Virus record (IMG/VR): IMGVR_UViG_3300044591_000931
Span: 1-38,174 of that record
Source of the DNA: a virus
Taxonomy: Duplodnaviria; Caudoviricetes
Strand: one strand, 5' to 3'
Length of the DNA: 38,174 nt
Part shown: piece by piece, positions 27,201-37,311 of the stretch
Layout: the number at the start of each line of letters is the position of its first letter
Numbering within the stretch: the first letter of the stretch is position 1
Program-made: the position numbers and the translations under genes
The notes under the pieces: model-generated
What the model was told of the DNA's origin: nothing
Seen by the model: only the letters and a program-made list of their open reading frames with translations
Databases searched by the model: none

Positions 27201-30200
27201 ATTGGGTCCGCAAGGTCCAACTGGTCCTGTTGCTGGTTCTGATAAGCAAATCATCTATAACAGCACTGGTACTGCAGTTGGTTGCACAGATCTAACTTTT
27301 GACTCAACATCAAGACTTCTCAGCACACATAACGTAAACGTCAATAGTTTGAATGTTGCTGCTGGTGATAACGGTGGTATTAGATTCCCTAACGATGCGT
27401 TTGGTGGCGGTAGTGATACTGCAACAATCAAGTTATTGAATCCTCTTGGCGGTGAAGCGACAGAATTGACGATCACTTTGACTAATGATGCTGATGATAG
27501 AGTCAATTTCAATCTTGTCAGCAACAATGGTTTGATGGTCAATCGCAACACTGTATGGCATGCTGGCAATGACGGTTCTCTATCGACTCTTGACGCTGAC
27601 TTACTTGACGGACAACAACTAGCAAACATTGCTCCAGTTGGTCTTGAAGGTCAAGTGTCATTCTTGGCAAACACATCAACCTTTGCAAGAGAAAATGATT
27701 TCACTCTCGTCAAGGGCTACTTTATTGAAACAAATGGTGAATTGAGTGCTGCTCAAAATACATTGACAGATTATTCAACGATCTTCAATACTTGGACAAG
27801 ATTCTCTCACGACGGAACTTCAAATCAGCCAGCCAATGCAGGTGAGTTGAACGCATGGTCGTTTGATGCAAATACGGGCGTTATCACGAGCACCACGAAT
27901 AGTGGTACGTTTATTGGATTTGTTTCACCAGAGTCTTTTGCTAATTATACAATCAAGGCTCAGCTCAAATCAACAAATGCTGATAATGATACAATTGGTA
28001 TTCTTATTGGCTGGTATGTTGATCCAATTACTGGTCGTGAACATACTTTGTCAGCCTTGCGCGACACTGGTGGTACAATCACTGGTTGGGAAATTTGGTA
28101 CAACTATCTCAGATCAGATGCAGTAAAACTAGTTGATGGTTCTGCAACTGTAACATTTACTGGTGGTTGGTCGGATTATCCAGACGGTGTGACTATTCAA
28201 GCAGTTCGCACTGGCAATCAATTTACACTCACCACAACGCAACTTGGTAACACCACTCTTGATAGTGCAACAACGCTATCACTAGATTTGGACAGCAATC
28301 CAATTCTTGATAAGTTCAAGGGTCAAAGCCCATATGGATTTGGTGTATACTCTCAAGCAAGTTCAACATTCACCGTATTGAACTTTACTTCTGATACAAA
28401 TGATATTTTTGACATCAGAAACGGTGACTTGTATACACTAAACAACGGTTCATGGATCATCAGTGGTGATAGAGATATTTGGTCTGAAATTGGCATCGGT
28501 CGTTTCGTTCATAACGAATCAACTGGTAAGACATATTATGTCGCCAATTCATCAGCAGTTATCAAAGTTGCTGTGAACTCTGGTCCAACAGGTCCATCTG
28601 GTCCTCAAGGCGTAACAGGTCCACAGGGTCCACAGGGTCCACAAGGACCACAAGGTCCGCAAGGTGCACAAGGTCCTCAAGGTGTTGTTGGTCCACAAGG
28701 ACCGCAGGGTCCACAGGGCGTAGATGGTCCTCAAGGTCCGCAAGGTCCTCAAGGTGTTGTTGGTCCTCAAGGTCCACAAGGTGTGTTTGGTCCGCAAGGT
28801 CCACAAGGACCAGAGGGTCCACAGGGTCCACAGGGCGTCTTTGGTCCACAAGGACCTCAAGGACCTCAAGGACCTCAAGGTCCACAAGGTGTCGTCGGTC
28901 CACAAGGTCCTCAAGGTCCACAGGGACCGAAGGGTGATACTGGTGACTTTGGTGGTGCAACGTTTGAATATATCTTCAATACCAATACAGCAAATACTGA
29001 TCCAACAGCTGGCTATGTCAAGTTCAATAATACAACATTGCTATCTGCGACTGAGATGTATATTGATAACATCGATCGTTTAAGTGGAAATGTTTTCAAT
29101 TACTTGAATACAATTGATGACTCAACATCAACAATCAAAGGCACGTTCAAGATTGCAAATTCTGCAAATGTTCTAGAATACACATTCTTCAATATTAACG
29201 GTACTCATCTTCATGTTGCTGATTGGTTCGTTGTTCCTGTTGCAGGATTGAACTCAACATTAACTGGCTCGAACTTCTCAAATAGCACAAATGTGATTAT
29301 GACATTTGTTCGCACTGGTGATAAAGGCGACACAGGTCCTCAAGGTCCACAGGGTGTCTTTGGACCACAAGGACCACAAGGACCAAGTGGTGCAAGCGTT
29401 ACTGGTCCACAGGGTCCACAGGGTGTAATTGGTCCACAAGGTCCTCAAGGACCAGAAGGTCCACAGGGTCCGCAGGGTGTGATTGGTCCACAGGGTCCGC
29501 AAGGTCCGCAAGGTCCGCAAGGTCCGCAAGGTGTTGTTGGTCCACAAGGTCCTCAAGGTCCGCAAGGTGTTGTTGGTCCACAAGGTCCTCAAGGACCACA
29601 AGGTGATGCATCAACCGTTCCTGGACCACAAGGACCACAAGGACCAAGTGGTGCAAGCGTTACTGGTCCTCAAGGTCCTCAAGGTGTTGCTGGTCCACAA
29701 GGACCAGAAGGATCAACTGGTCCTCAAGGTCCGCAAGGTGTTACTGGTCCTCAAGGTCCGCAGGGTGTAATTGGTCCACAAGGACCAACTGGACCAATCG
29801 GTGGATCAAATACGCAAGTGTTCTTCAATGATAATGGAAGCACTGCTGGATCAGCAAATCTAACATTCAATCTAAATGGTAATGTATTCAGTGTTGGCTC
29901 GTCAACTCTTGTTGCTAATGTTTCAAATAATTCTGTAACAGTAAGCGGCAATTTGACAGCAACGTTGAAGTCAAGTAAAGACTTCATGGTAGTAAATACA
30001 TCAACGACAACTGCTAACACTGTAGATTTGTCAAATTCAAACTACTTCCGTCATACAATGATAGGCAATACAACGTTTACATTTGTGAATGCTCCAAATT
30101 CTGGAACTGCGCAAATGTTCTCACTACTATTGCTCAATGATGGTGTTGGTGGTCGTTTCCCAACATTTGCGAATACAATTTACTGGGCTGGTGGTGCAAT

Positions 30201-30306
30201 TCCTCCCGCAACAACTGCAGCAAATGCTCGTGACTTATGGACGTTTATCACCTATGATGGTGGTACAACGTACTGGGGAACGTTGACTATGAAGGACGCT
30301 AAATAG
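24226..30306 (+). CDS. Large collagen-like tail fibre / appendage with interspersed globular domains
   Basis: Several long Gly-X-Y tracts (GPQ, GPS, GPT), a gp34-like domain, duplicated internal domains, the 'LDADLLDG' fibre motif, a lectin-like domain and a C-terminal adaptor domain. Confidence 0.85.
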   Translation: MSANVSTAIGQTIKVSTQKPVVKVSTGRGAGGPAGPQGPQGPSGPQGSLGPTGPSGGPQGPSGPAGPQGPQGSLGPQGPQGVSGPSGPSGPVGARGPTGPVGAQGIAGPSGPSGPSGVSGPRGPQGVAGAQGPSGPSGPSGAQGIQGQAGPQGPQGVSGPRGVAGPQGPSGAQGIAGPQGPEGPSGAQGLQGFAGPQGPSGPRGLVGAAGPQGPIGPSGAVGDEGPTGPTGPSGARGPQGPAGATGAVGPTGPSGPSGAQGLQGDAGPSGATGPRGVAGPQGPSGVAGPQGAQGDIGPQGPSGPRGFAGPQGPSGPQGLVGAAGPSGPQGPTGPSGIQGVAGPRGPQGVAGPTGPQGASGALQHWSVHSLDYTAVDGDRIVANTTVNGPFTITLPNTPVVGGYVQVTDGDDWTANNLFVRSLDNTIEGSDQIVRLDLKGVTVEFIYNGMTWEVTATTGRRGPQGSRGPTGPQGPQGVKGDRGFSGPQGPQGPSGAQGAIGPQGPSGPSGAQGIPGAGIRLVGTVPTYAILINSITDQTAGDAYIVIADGHLYVWDDCPHPAVWVDAGPFIGPQGPQGVTGPQGPQGPQGVFGPQGPQGPQGVAGPQGPQGPQGPQGPQGVPGGGINVLGTVINVVDLPGTANDADAYVVTSIGHLYVYNDDLVQWVDAGLIVGPQGPQGPQGPQGVFGPQGPQGPQGPQGAQGETGPQGPQGVTGEVGPQGPSGPQGAIGARGPQGPQGPMGPSGPIGLQGAYGGISFAYEFNDAITSTDPGVGKLKFNNSIPTLATKVYIDNVDADGSNILTFLTAFDDSTSAIKGYLKVFDKTNAGTFELYNVIDLTDRTGYYELDVTHITGSTSSFANDQEILVSFGRTGDKGPQGPQGIVGPQGPSGVEGPQGPSGAAGPQGPQGPQGVGGPQGPQGVDGPTGPQGPQGPQGEASTVPGPQGPQGVVGPTGPQGPQGAQGPQGPAGAAGPQGPQGPTGPQGSIGSTGELGPQGPTGPVAGSDKQIIYNSTGTAVGCTDLTFDSTSRLLSTHNVNVNSLNVAAGDNGGIRFPNDAFGGGSDTATIKLLNPLGGEATELTITLTNDADDRVNFNLVSNNGLMVNRNTVWHAGNDGSLSTLDADLLDGQQLANIAPVGLEGQVSFLANTSTFARENDFTLVKGYFIETNGELSAAQNTLTDYSTIFNTWTRFSHDGTSNQPANAGELNAWSFDANTGVITSTTNSGTFIGFVSPESFANYTIKAQLKSTNADNDTIGILIGWYVDPITGREHTLSALRDTGGTITGWEIWYNYLRSDAVKLVDGSATVTFTGGWSDYPDGVTIQAVRTGNQFTLTTTQLGNTTLDSATTLSLDLDSNPILDKFKGQSPYGFGVYSQASSTFTVLNFTSDTNDIFDIRNGDLYTLNNGSWIISGDRDIWSEIGIGRFVHNESTGKTYYVANSSAVIKVAVNSGPTGPSGPQGVTGPQGPQGPQGPQGPQGAQGPQGVVGPQGPQGPQGVDGPQGPQGPQGVVGPQGPQGVFGPQGPQGPEGPQGPQGVFGPQGPQGPQGPQGPQGVVGPQGPQGPQGPKGDTGDFGGATFEYIFNTNTANTDPTAGYVKFNNTTLLSATEMYIDNIDRLSGNVFNYLNTIDDSTSTIKGTFKIANSANVLEYTFFNINGTHLHVADWFVVPVAGLNSTLTGSNFSNSTNVIMTFVRTGDKGDTGPQGPQGVFGPQGPQGPSGASVTGPQGPQGVIGPQGPQGPEGPQGPQGVIGPQGPQGPQGPQGPQGVVGPQGPQGPQGVVGPQGPQGPQGDASTVPGPQGPQGPSGASVTGPQGPQGVAGPQGPEGSTGPQGPQGVTGPQGPQGVIGPQGPTGPIGGSNTQVFFNDNGSTAGSANLTFNLNGNVFSVGSSTLVANVSNNSVTVSGNLTATLKSSKDFMVVNTSTTTANTVDLSNSNYFRHTMIGNTTFTFVNAPNSGTAQMFSLLLLNDGVGGRFPTFANTIYWAGGAIPPATTAANARDLWTFITYDGGTTYWGTLTMKDAK
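30298..30305 (+). promoter_or_regulatory. Possible late-promoter variant GCTAAATA overlapping the fibre stop codon
   Basis: The CTAAATA core also occurs at 19014, 21646 and 33387, each time at a gene boundary. Confidence 0.4.
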
Positions 30307-30333
30307 TATAGATTATTTTTTCGTGAGTATATT

Positions 30334-31335
30334 ATGAAAGTACATGTTCTTGTAAACCCACGCAATCCTACTGGGTTGATGAATCGCGTTGACCCATTTG
30401 CGGTCCACGGCTACAAATACATCAAGCATCTCTCACCACATTTCCAAATGATTCATTATGGAATTCCTGGTGCACAAGTAGATTGCGAGCACGTAGACAT
30501 TCCAACAACACCAACAGAAATTCGCAAGTTCAATGAACTTGCTGGCGATGAAATTCAAAAACGCGCATCTGACGGTGATCTAATTGTTTGTTTCTTTGGT
30601 GTGGACAATCAGCTGGCTTGTGAGAAAAACAAAAATTGTAAGCCAGTAGAACCATCAATTGGGTATCGCGCCAATGGTATCTTTGCTCCTTATAGAGCGT
30701 TCACATCATATGCGAATATGCATATGTTCTATGGCGAGCGTGGGATGTTGATGAGCCCGAGCTGGTTCGATGCAGTGATTCCAAATCCATTTACAATTGA
30801 AGAATTTGAATATGATGATCAGAAGGAGGATTACTATCTCTACTTCGGTCGTGTCTGTGAAGAAAAGGGTCTTCATCTTGCTATTCAAGCAACAGAAAAA
30901 CTTGGCAAGAAACTGATTGTTGCTGGTCCTGGATCATTACAAACATTGGGCTATACTAAGATTCCAGATCACGTTGAAGTCTTTGGTGTTGCGAACGCAG
31001 AACAACGCAAACAGCTGATGAAAAAAGCCAAAGGCTTGTTGGGATTGACATATTATGTTGAGCCGTTTGGCAATATGATCATTGAAGCAAATTTATCTGG
31101 CACTCCTGTGATCACAACTGATTGGGGCGCATTTCCAGAAATCGTAGAAGAGAATGTCACAGGATATCGCATTCGTAGTTTTAGTGAACTCATGGCTGCT
31201 TTGAGAAATATTGAAGCAAATAAGATCAATTCATTCGATTGCCGCGAGCATGGCTTGCAGTTCTCAGATGAAAACGTGCATGAACTTCATCGCAAGTATC
31301 TACTCAAAGTAGCATCAAATAATTTCTATGAATAG
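30334..31335 (+). CDS. Glycosyltransferase, GT4 / group 1 (GT-B fold)
   Basis: 'YLYFGRVCEEKGLHLAI' and the E-x7-E motif 'EPFGNMIIEANLSGTPVITTDWGAFPEIV'. Confidence 0.92.
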   Translation: MKVHVLVNPRNPTGLMNRVDPFAVHGYKYIKHLSPHFQMIHYGIPGAQVDCEHVDIPTTPTEIRKFNELAGDEIQKRASDGDLIVCFFGVDNQLACEKNKNCKPVEPSIGYRANGIFAPYRAFTSYANMHMFYGERGMLMSPSWFDAVIPNPFTIEEFEYDDQKEDYYLYFGRVCEEKGLHLAIQATEKLGKKLIVAGPGSLQTLGYTKIPDHVEVFGVANAEQRKQLMKKAKGLLGLTYYVEPFGNMIIEANLSGTPVITTDWGAFPEIVEENVTGYRIRSFSELMAALRNIEANKINSFDCREHGLQFSDENVHELHRKYLLKVASNNFYE

Positions 31336-32080
31336 TGTTTTTGTCGTAACATCTTCGATTCAGCCAAGAGAAGGTCGCTTCACATATAGCGAGAAGCGAA
31401 CCATTTTTCCAGCTGATGAGAGATTTAGGCAAACTATTTTCACAATCAATTCAATTAGCGCGACGTTTCCGAAATCGAAGATTATTATAATTGATTCTTC
31501 TGATAACTATAAAGAATATATCTCAACGTTTATGCATTTCAGAAACGTAGAGTTTATTCCCCTAAAAGAAATTGCTCCGCAGTGCTTTGAACTTGTAAAC
31601 ACGCATCAGAATAAAAGTCTATGCGAAAGCGTTCTGTTGAACATTATCTACAAGAACTATAAAGATAAACTAAAACAATACGACTTTATTTTCAAAGCAA
31701 CTGGTAGATATTTCTACTATAACTTTACTGATGAATTATTGACTCCAGAAAACAAAGATAAGATTTTCTTCAAGAAACCGCTCAACTTTGAATGGAATGA
31801 TTCTTGGCGATATTCATTCATAGATCGAAGAGCATTACAAAACAATAATCGCCTGCATCAGTACTGTACCGTTCTCTATGGCTTCGGAGCAGAACACCTA
31901 GATAAATTTATAGACATCAACGAGGCTACGATACATTTGGTAAAACAACCGCCGATGTATCACTATGATATCGAGACGCTATCATATTATCTCACAAGAC
32001 AATATCAAGACAAACTCATTGAAGTTGATTGGAAGGTTTCAGGGTGGGATGGAACTTCTGGACGATTTATGTTTTACTAA
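31328..32080 (+). CDS. Hypothetical protein, probably glycosyltransferase-like (GT-A-like N-terminus)
   Basis: 'VFVVTSSI...RFRQTIFTINSI...IIIIDSS' and 'IFKATGRY'; overlaps the GT4 stop. Confidence 0.5.
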   Translation: MNSVFVVTSSIQPREGRFTYSEKRTIFPADERFRQTIFTINSISATFPKSKIIIIDSSDNYKEYISTFMHFRNVEFIPLKEIAPQCFELVNTHQNKSLCESVLLNIIYKNYKDKLKQYDFIFKATGRYFYYNFTDELLTPENKDKIFFKKPLNFEWNDSWRYSFIDRRALQNNNRLHQYCTVLYGFGAEHLDKFIDINEATIHLVKQPPMYHYDIETLSYYLTRQYQDKLIEVDWKVSGWDGTSGRFMFY

Positions 32081-32090
32081 AGGTGCAATC

Positions 32091-32639
32091 ATGAAGATAA
32101 ACACTATTATCATTGACGATTTTTATGGAAATCCTGACACAGTTAGAGATTTTGCGCTGAGTCAGAAGTTTGAGGTCTCTGGAAACTATCCTGGACTTCG
32201 AACAAAACCATTTCTCACTGAAGATACAAAAAAGACCATCGGTGATATTATTCGCTATGCGGGTGGCGATATCACTCATTGGTTTGAGGATTCTGGGTAT
32301 ACTGGCGCATTTCAAATTTGCACCGCTCAAGATAGAACTTGGATCCACGCCGATCAATTCAACACTTGGGCTGGAGTTTGCTATCTAACTCCAGACGCTC
32401 CACTATCCTCAGGAACTGCTCTCTATCGCCATAAAGCAACTGGAAAGTGTAACAGAGAAGATAAAGATTATGAGGGATACGATTACACCAAATGGGAAAT
32501 GACAGATTATATCGCAAACAAGTATAATCGCCTTGTTCTTTATCGCGGTAATTTATTCCACGCTTCTCTTGATTATTTCGGAAGCACGTTACATACTGGT
32601 CGTTTGTTCCAAACTTTCTTCTTCAACACTCAATACTGA
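32091..32639 (+). CDS. 2OG-Fe(II) oxygenase-like protein (DUF6445-like)
   Basis: 'IIIDDFYGNPD.VR', 'YPGLRT', 'WIHAD', 'WAGVCYLTP', 'NRLVLYRGNLFHAS', 'RLFQTFFF'. AGGT precedes ATG 32091. Confidence 0.8.
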   Translation: MKINTIIIDDFYGNPDTVRDFALSQKFEVSGNYPGLRTKPFLTEDTKKTIGDIIRYAGGDITHWFEDSGYTGAFQICTAQDRTWIHADQFNTWAGVCYLTPDAPLSSGTALYRHKATGKCNREDKDYEGYDYTKWEMTDYIANKYNRLVLYRGNLFHASLDYFGSTLHTGRLFQTFFFNTQY

Positions 32640-33385
32640 TGAAAGTCCTGCATGTAATCTTCTCGTGCAATCGATTGCACTATCTCACGAAAAGTCTAGA
32701 ATCATTGCACCTTCTAGACTATTGTGGGCATCAGGTTGATCGATTGATCGTCGATGATTATCCTCGAACTCGAAACGATTACATTTTCGATCTGATCGGA
32801 AAAACGCACGGATTCAAACTCAATTTACATAAAGAAAATCTTGGATTATCAGTCACGTGGACCGAGTTTTTCGACTATCTCAAGACGACTGATTACGATT
32901 ATATCATCCATCAAGAGGACGATGTTGTCCTCAAAGAGCCTGTTCGTCTCGATGATATGATCGAAATCTTAGAGTCAGATCCTAAAATGGCTTCTGTGGT
33001 TCTTCAGAGGCAGGAATGGTATTTCCACGAGAAGCCACCACAGATCGAGGAAACCGATACTCCAATCAAGCAATATTATTACAGCAAGAATACGAAACAG
33101 TTTCCGATTATTTTCTCATTTTATCGCCGCAGTATTATCGATTATCCATTTAGAGAGTACTGGAAATTTACGATAAACGAGGGAATGATCATGGTTTATC
33201 TCGACTTTTTCGAGAAAATGTACTCTGCTATCTTGAAAAACTCTAATGGTAGGAATATTATAGAGCATATCGGAGAAGAATCTACTGGTCGTCGAATCCT
33301 CCCAGGAGAACCAAACTGGGAACAGTTTGCACACATGCATCCAGATAGAGTTTACAGTTCACGAGACGGGACACTTATCGCATAA
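32639..33385 (+). CDS. Glycosyltransferase, GT2-like (GT-A fold)
   Basis: 'IFSCNRLHYLTKSLES', 'LIVDD', 'YIIHQEDD', 'IEHIG'; TGATG coupling to the upstream gene. Confidence 0.8.
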   Translation: MKVLHVIFSCNRLHYLTKSLESLHLLDYCGHQVDRLIVDDYPRTRNDYIFDLIGKTHGFKLNLHKENLGLSVTWTEFFDYLKTTDYDYIIHQEDDVVLKEPVRLDDMIEILESDPKMASVVLQRQEWYFHEKPPQIEETDTPIKQYYYSKNTKQFPIIFSFYRRSIIDYPFREYWKFTINEGMIMVYLDFFEKMYSAILKNSNGRNIIEHIGEESTGRRILPGEPNWEQFAHMHPDRVYSSRDGTLIA

Positions 33386-33393
33386 ACTAAATA
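33386..33393 (+). promoter_or_regulatory. Late-promoter variant ACTAAATA upstream of gp13
   Basis: Intergenic motif ending 23 nt before the gp13 ATG, followed by SD GAGG. Confidence 0.65.
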
Positions 33394-33416
33394 TACAATA
33401 ATTAGCGAGGTTCTAC

Positions 33417-34175
33417 ATGTCTCAGCCATCATCTCGTACTCAACTCAAAGATTATTGCCTTAGAAGACTCGGGTTTCCAGTTATCGATATCAATGTCGAC
33501 GACGATCAATTAGAAGATCGCCTCGATGATGCGCTGTATCTATATAAAAACTACCATTTTGATGGAACAGAACGCTGCTTTTTGTCATATCAGGTGACGG
33601 AAGCAGACATTTCAAACACCTATATTACTCTCGCAGATTCTATTATTGGCGTCACTCGAGTGTTTCCATTTTCTGGAGCAATTCAATCTTCGACGTCTTC
33701 GAGCGGTTTCAATATGTTCGACATCAACTATCAGTTGCGTTTGAACGACTTTTACAATCTAACCGCCTCTTCATATACCTATTATGTGATTGCTCGTGAA
33801 CATCTTGCAATGCTTGATATGATTGTTACGGGATTGCCCCCATTCACTTATAATAAGAAAGTGAATCAGCTGAAAATTTTTATGAATTGGGATAAATTCA
33901 AAGACAATGCATATCTTGCGTTCGAATGTCATAGAATTACCAATCCAGAAGTTTATACTGAAATCTATAATGACGGTTGGATGAGAGACTATACCACAGC
34001 TCTCTTCAAGCAGCAGTGGGGCACAAATCTAAAGAAATATGGTAACTATGTTCTTCCAGGTGGTTTGACAATCAATGGTCAACAAATTTATGATGAGGCA
34101 AGCGCTGAAGTTGAGAAATTAGAAGAAAAACTTCGCGACACTTACGAAGAGCCAACACCCTTCATTGTAGGATAA
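33417..34175 (+). CDS. gp13: Neck protein gp13
   Basis: 'LKDYCLRRLGFPVIDINVDDDQLEDR', 'YHFDG', 'KQQWGTNLKKY', 'LPGGLTINGQQIYDEA'. Confidence 0.95.
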   Translation: MSQPSSRTQLKDYCLRRLGFPVIDINVDDDQLEDRLDDALYLYKNYHFDGTERCFLSYQVTEADISNTYITLADSIIGVTRVFPFSGAIQSSTSSSGFNMFDINYQLRLNDFYNLTASSYTYYVIAREHLAMLDMIVTGLPPFTYNKKVNQLKIFMNWDKFKDNAYLAFECHRITNPEVYTEIYNDGWMRDYTTALFKQQWGTNLKKYGNYVLPGGLTINGQQIYDEASAEVEKLEEKLRDTYEEPTPFIVG

Positions 34176-34177
34176 TA

Positions 34178-35065
34178 ATGCCAACTAGTGTATACTTCAA
34201 TAATCAAAGAGCAACTGTTGAACAGCAGCTGCTCGAAGATTTGATCATCGAGTCTATTCGAAATCACGGAATCGATGTTTATTATCTTCCAAGAGAATCA
34301 CAATCATCAACCGATGAGTTATTCGGCGATGATCCAGTGAAATGCTATCGCCACGCGGTCAAGATTGAGATGTACCTAGAGACTTTTCAAAATTATGAAG
34401 GCAATCAAGAATTCTTCAGTAAGTTTGGATTAGAACTACAAGAAACTGCTCGCCTCTGTATGTCTCGTCGTTCGTTTGAGCGTTTGGTTACAAGACAGTT
34501 TCCGCAATCTCACAATGTGCCTAAAGAAGGTGATCTGGTATATTTGCCAACTCAATTCAAATTGATGGAAATCAAATTTGTTGAGGAAGAAAAAAACTTC
34601 TTTCAATTAGGTAAAGACGCAAAGAATCCATACATGTATGGATTGTCAATGGAAGCGTTCAAATATAACGGTGAATTACTTCAAACTGGTGTTACTGAAA
34701 TTGATAGCATTCCAAACGTACAAGCATATGCACTAGACTTTACACTAGATGCTGGTGGATCAGGAACTTTCACTAATCTAGAATGGGTTTACCAGGGAAC
34801 GTCATTAGAAAATGCTGTGGCAAAAGCAGTCGTTGCTGGTTGGGATAAACCATCCAGAAAACTCAAACTTAGAAATATCAAAGGTGAGTTTGTTGCAGGG
34901 TCTTTGGTCAAAGGAAATAGTAGCGGTGCTCAATGGAATATTGCCGATGAAGCAGACGTAATGCGCAATTCTAATTATGAAAGTGTGGAAGATAACGAAC
35001 GCATTGAGCAAGAAGCAGATAATATTCTTGACTTCAGTGAAGCCAATCCATTTGGTGAAGCATAA
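34178..35065 (+). CDS. gp14: Neck protein gp14
   Basis: 'EDLIIESIRNHGIDVYYLPR', 'SKFGLE', 'PKEGDLVYLP', 'FFQLGK', C-terminal 'DFSEANPFGE'. Confidence 0.95.
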   Translation: MPTSVYFNNQRATVEQQLLEDLIIESIRNHGIDVYYLPRESQSSTDELFGDDPVKCYRHAVKIEMYLETFQNYEGNQEFFSKFGLELQETARLCMSRRSFERLVTRQFPQSHNVPKEGDLVYLPTQFKLMEIKFVEEEKNFFQLGKDAKNPYMYGLSMEAFKYNGELLQTGVTEIDSIPNVQAYALDFTLDAGGSGTFTNLEWVYQGTSLENAVAKAVVAGWDKPSRKLKLRNIKGEFVAGSLVKGNSSGAQWNIADEADVMRNSNYESVEDNERIEQEADNILDFSEANPFGEA

Positions 35066-36132
35066 TGTTATCAGGCGTACACTTTTATCATAGAATCACT
35101 CGTAAAATGGTCGTTGCTTTCGGCACGATGTTCAATAACATCATGCTCAAACGATACAATAAAGCAGGCACGCAAGAAATTGAACGCATCAATGTGCCTT
35201 TGATGTATTCGCAAAAAGAAAAATTCTATCAGCGTATTACACAAGATCCTGAGTTGACAAAAGAAACTATGATGACTTTGCCTCGCATGAGTTTTGAACT
35301 CGCTGGCATTACATACGATCCTTTGCGTAAGCGCAGCAGTTTCACGAATAGTTTTGCTGATGGCAATTCAGTATCAAAAGTAAAAAATGTTCGCGCAACA
35401 CCATACAACTTTGATTTTACATTGAACATCTATGTAAGAAACGTTGAAGATGGCACACAAATCGTTGAGCAAATTCTTCCGTACTTTGCGCCAGATTATA
35501 CTGTAACAATGGATTTAGTCGGTGTTCCAGCTGAGAAGGTGGATGTGCCATTCATTCTCAATTCTGTTTCGCAAGATGTAGATGATGTTGGCGGTCCAGA
35601 TCCTATAAGAATTATAATTTGGACTTTGACATTCACTGCCAAAGGTTATATGTACGGTGCTACAACTGAATCTAAGATTATTCGCAAATCAACAGCAAAT
35701 ACATATGATAGTACATTCAGTCAAATCAACGAACGCGAGATTGTGTTCAGTGCTGGTAATGGCACGTTCAAAGTTGGTGAGTTGGTTTACGAAGGAAGAA
35801 CTCTAGCAGCTGCAAATGCCACTGCATTTGTACACTCTTGGGATTCTACAAGCAACACTATGATTGTGGTTGACACAAATGGACTTTTGAGAGAAGGAAG
35901 ATATATTACTGGTGCAGTCAGTAATGCTTCCTGGAACATTTCAAGTTTCAGCGTTGCAGATCGACAACTTGTAAGACAGATTATCTATCCAAATCCTATG
36001 AACGCAAATGCAGATACTGCATTTGGATTTACAGAAATCTTGCAAGAATACCCATACTTCTTTGATGATAGAGTTGATAGTACACTTATCAGCGTTGACA
36101 GTGGAACTAAAACAGTTGACGATAATTTCTAA
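35065..36132 (+). CDS. gp15: Tail sheath stabilizer / tail terminator gp15
   Basis: '[20 protein letters not shown]', '[11 protein letters not shown]', 'LPRMSFE', '[10 protein letters not shown]', '[13 protein letters not shown]'. Confidence 0.95.
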   Translation: MLSGVHFYHRITRKMVVAFGTMFNNIMLKRYNKAGTQEIERINVPLMYSQKEKFYQRITQDPELTKETMMTLPRMSFELAGITYDPLRKRSSFTNSFADGNSVSKVKNVRATPYNFDFTLNIYVRNVEDGTQIVEQILPYFAPDYTVTMDLVGVPAEKVDVPFILNSVSQDVDDVGGPDPIRIIIWTLTFTAKGYMYGATTESKIIRKSTANTYDSTFSQINEREIVFSAGNGTFKVGELVYEGRTLAAANATAFVHSWDSTSNTMIVVDTNGLLREGRYITGAVSNASWNISSFSVADRQLVRQIIYPNPMNANADTAFGFTEILQEYPYFFDDRVDSTLISVDSGTKTVDDNF

Positions 36133-36143
36133 GAGAATAAGAG

Positions 36144-37310
36144 ATGACACAACAAATAATCGATATTGGCGCAGCACCTAATGATGGCACTGGCGATACA
36201 ATTCGTGAAGCGTTTGAGAAAGTAAACGAAAACTTCACAGACTTGTATGCTGGTGCAGGGGCTGATACTGGACCACAAGGTCCACAGGGTCCACAAGGAC
36301 CAACTGGCGCACAGGGTATTGCTGGTAACATCGGTCCTACTGGACCAAGTGGTGTTGCTGGTGAAATTGGACCACAAGGTCCTCAAGGTATTGCTGGTGA
36401 TTTAGGTCCGCAAGGACCTCAAGGACCAAGCGGTCCATCTGTAACTGGTCCTCAAGGTCCTCAGGGTCCACAAGGACCAAAGGGTGAGGTGGGAAATTTT
36501 GGTGGTGCAACCTTTGATTATACATTTGATACCAATACTGGTGGCACTGATCCAGGACCAGGAAAACTAAAACTTGATGCTACAAATTTGACATTAGCTG
36601 ATGCATTGATCATCAATGAACTAGCTGATGGTGGAATTGATATTAGCAATTTTCTACTGACTATTGATGATTCAACATCAGCAATCAAAGGTCACTTTAG
36701 AGTATCAAATAAAACTAATACAGCTGCATTTGTTCTATACACAATCTCATCATTAGTTGATCATGGCGATTATTTTCAAGTAAATTGCGCATATGTTTCA
36801 GGAGATGGTAATCTAACTGGAACATTGTTTGAAAATGGTGAAGATGTCATTATTACATTTGCGCGTACTGGCGATCGTGGTGATACAGGCGCAACAGGTC
36901 CACAAGGACCGACTGGACCATCTGGAGCAGTGGGTGATACTGGTCCACAAGGACCAAGTGGTGTCAATGGAGATACAGGTCCACAAGGACCATCAGGACC
37001 AGTAGGTCCCCAAGGACCTACTGGATTACCAGGTCCTCCAGGACCAAGTGGTGTCAATGGAGATACAGGTCCACAAGGACCATCAGGACCAACAGGACCA
37101 GAAGGTCCACAGGGACCAAGTGGTGTCAACGGAAATGCTGGTCCACAAGGACCATCAGGACCAGAAGGTCCACAGGGACCAAGTGGTGTCAACGGAAATG
37201 CTGGTCCACAAGGACCACAAGGACCAGTCGGTGCTGTTGTATATGATGGCGGAACACCAAGTACAGACTTTAGCGTAGGACTAAATATCAATTGCGGAGG
37301 CGTAACCTAA
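36144..37310 (+). CDS. Collagen-like fibre with a T4 gp9/gp10-type N-terminal domain
   Basis: '[30 protein letters not shown]', Gly-X-Y tracts, the shared internal domain and a C-terminal 'YDGG...NCGG'. Confidence 0.8.
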   Translation: MTQQIIDIGAAPNDGTGDTIREAFEKVNENFTDLYAGAGADTGPQGPQGPQGPTGAQGIAGNIGPTGPSGVAGEIGPQGPQGIAGDLGPQGPQGPSGPSVTGPQGPQGPQGPKGEVGNFGGATFDYTFDTNTGGTDPGPGKLKLDATNLTLADALIINELADGGIDISNFLLTIDDSTSAIKGHFRVSNKTNTAAFVLYTISSLVDHGDYFQVNCAYVSGDGNLTGTLFENGEDVIITFARTGDRGDTGATGPQGPTGPSGAVGDTGPQGPSGVNGDTGPQGPSGPVGPQGPTGLPGPPGPSGVNGDTGPQGPSGPTGPEGPQGPSGVNGNAGPQGPSGPEGPQGPSGVNGNAGPQGPQGPVGAVVYDGGTPSTDFSVGLNINCGGVT

Positions 37311-37311
37311 C

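Noticed and set aside
24467-29770. Many alternative-frame and reverse-strand ORFs over the collagen genes (also 36337-37987)
   Set aside because: They are shadows of GGT-CCA-CAA repeats that lack stops in other frames, giving low-complexity translations.
30283-30314. Sigma70 promoter for the third enzyme island
   Set aside because: TTGACT is a good -35, but candidate -10 hexamers lie at 15, 18 or 20 nt spacing or lack the final T, so it was not called.
12176-32090. ORF-track starts at 12176, 17465, 17956, 22274 and 31965
   Set aside because: They overlap upstream genes or the RBS. Downstream ATGs at 12197, 17477, 18040, 22292 and 32091 fit RBS position, gene coupling and domain starts better.
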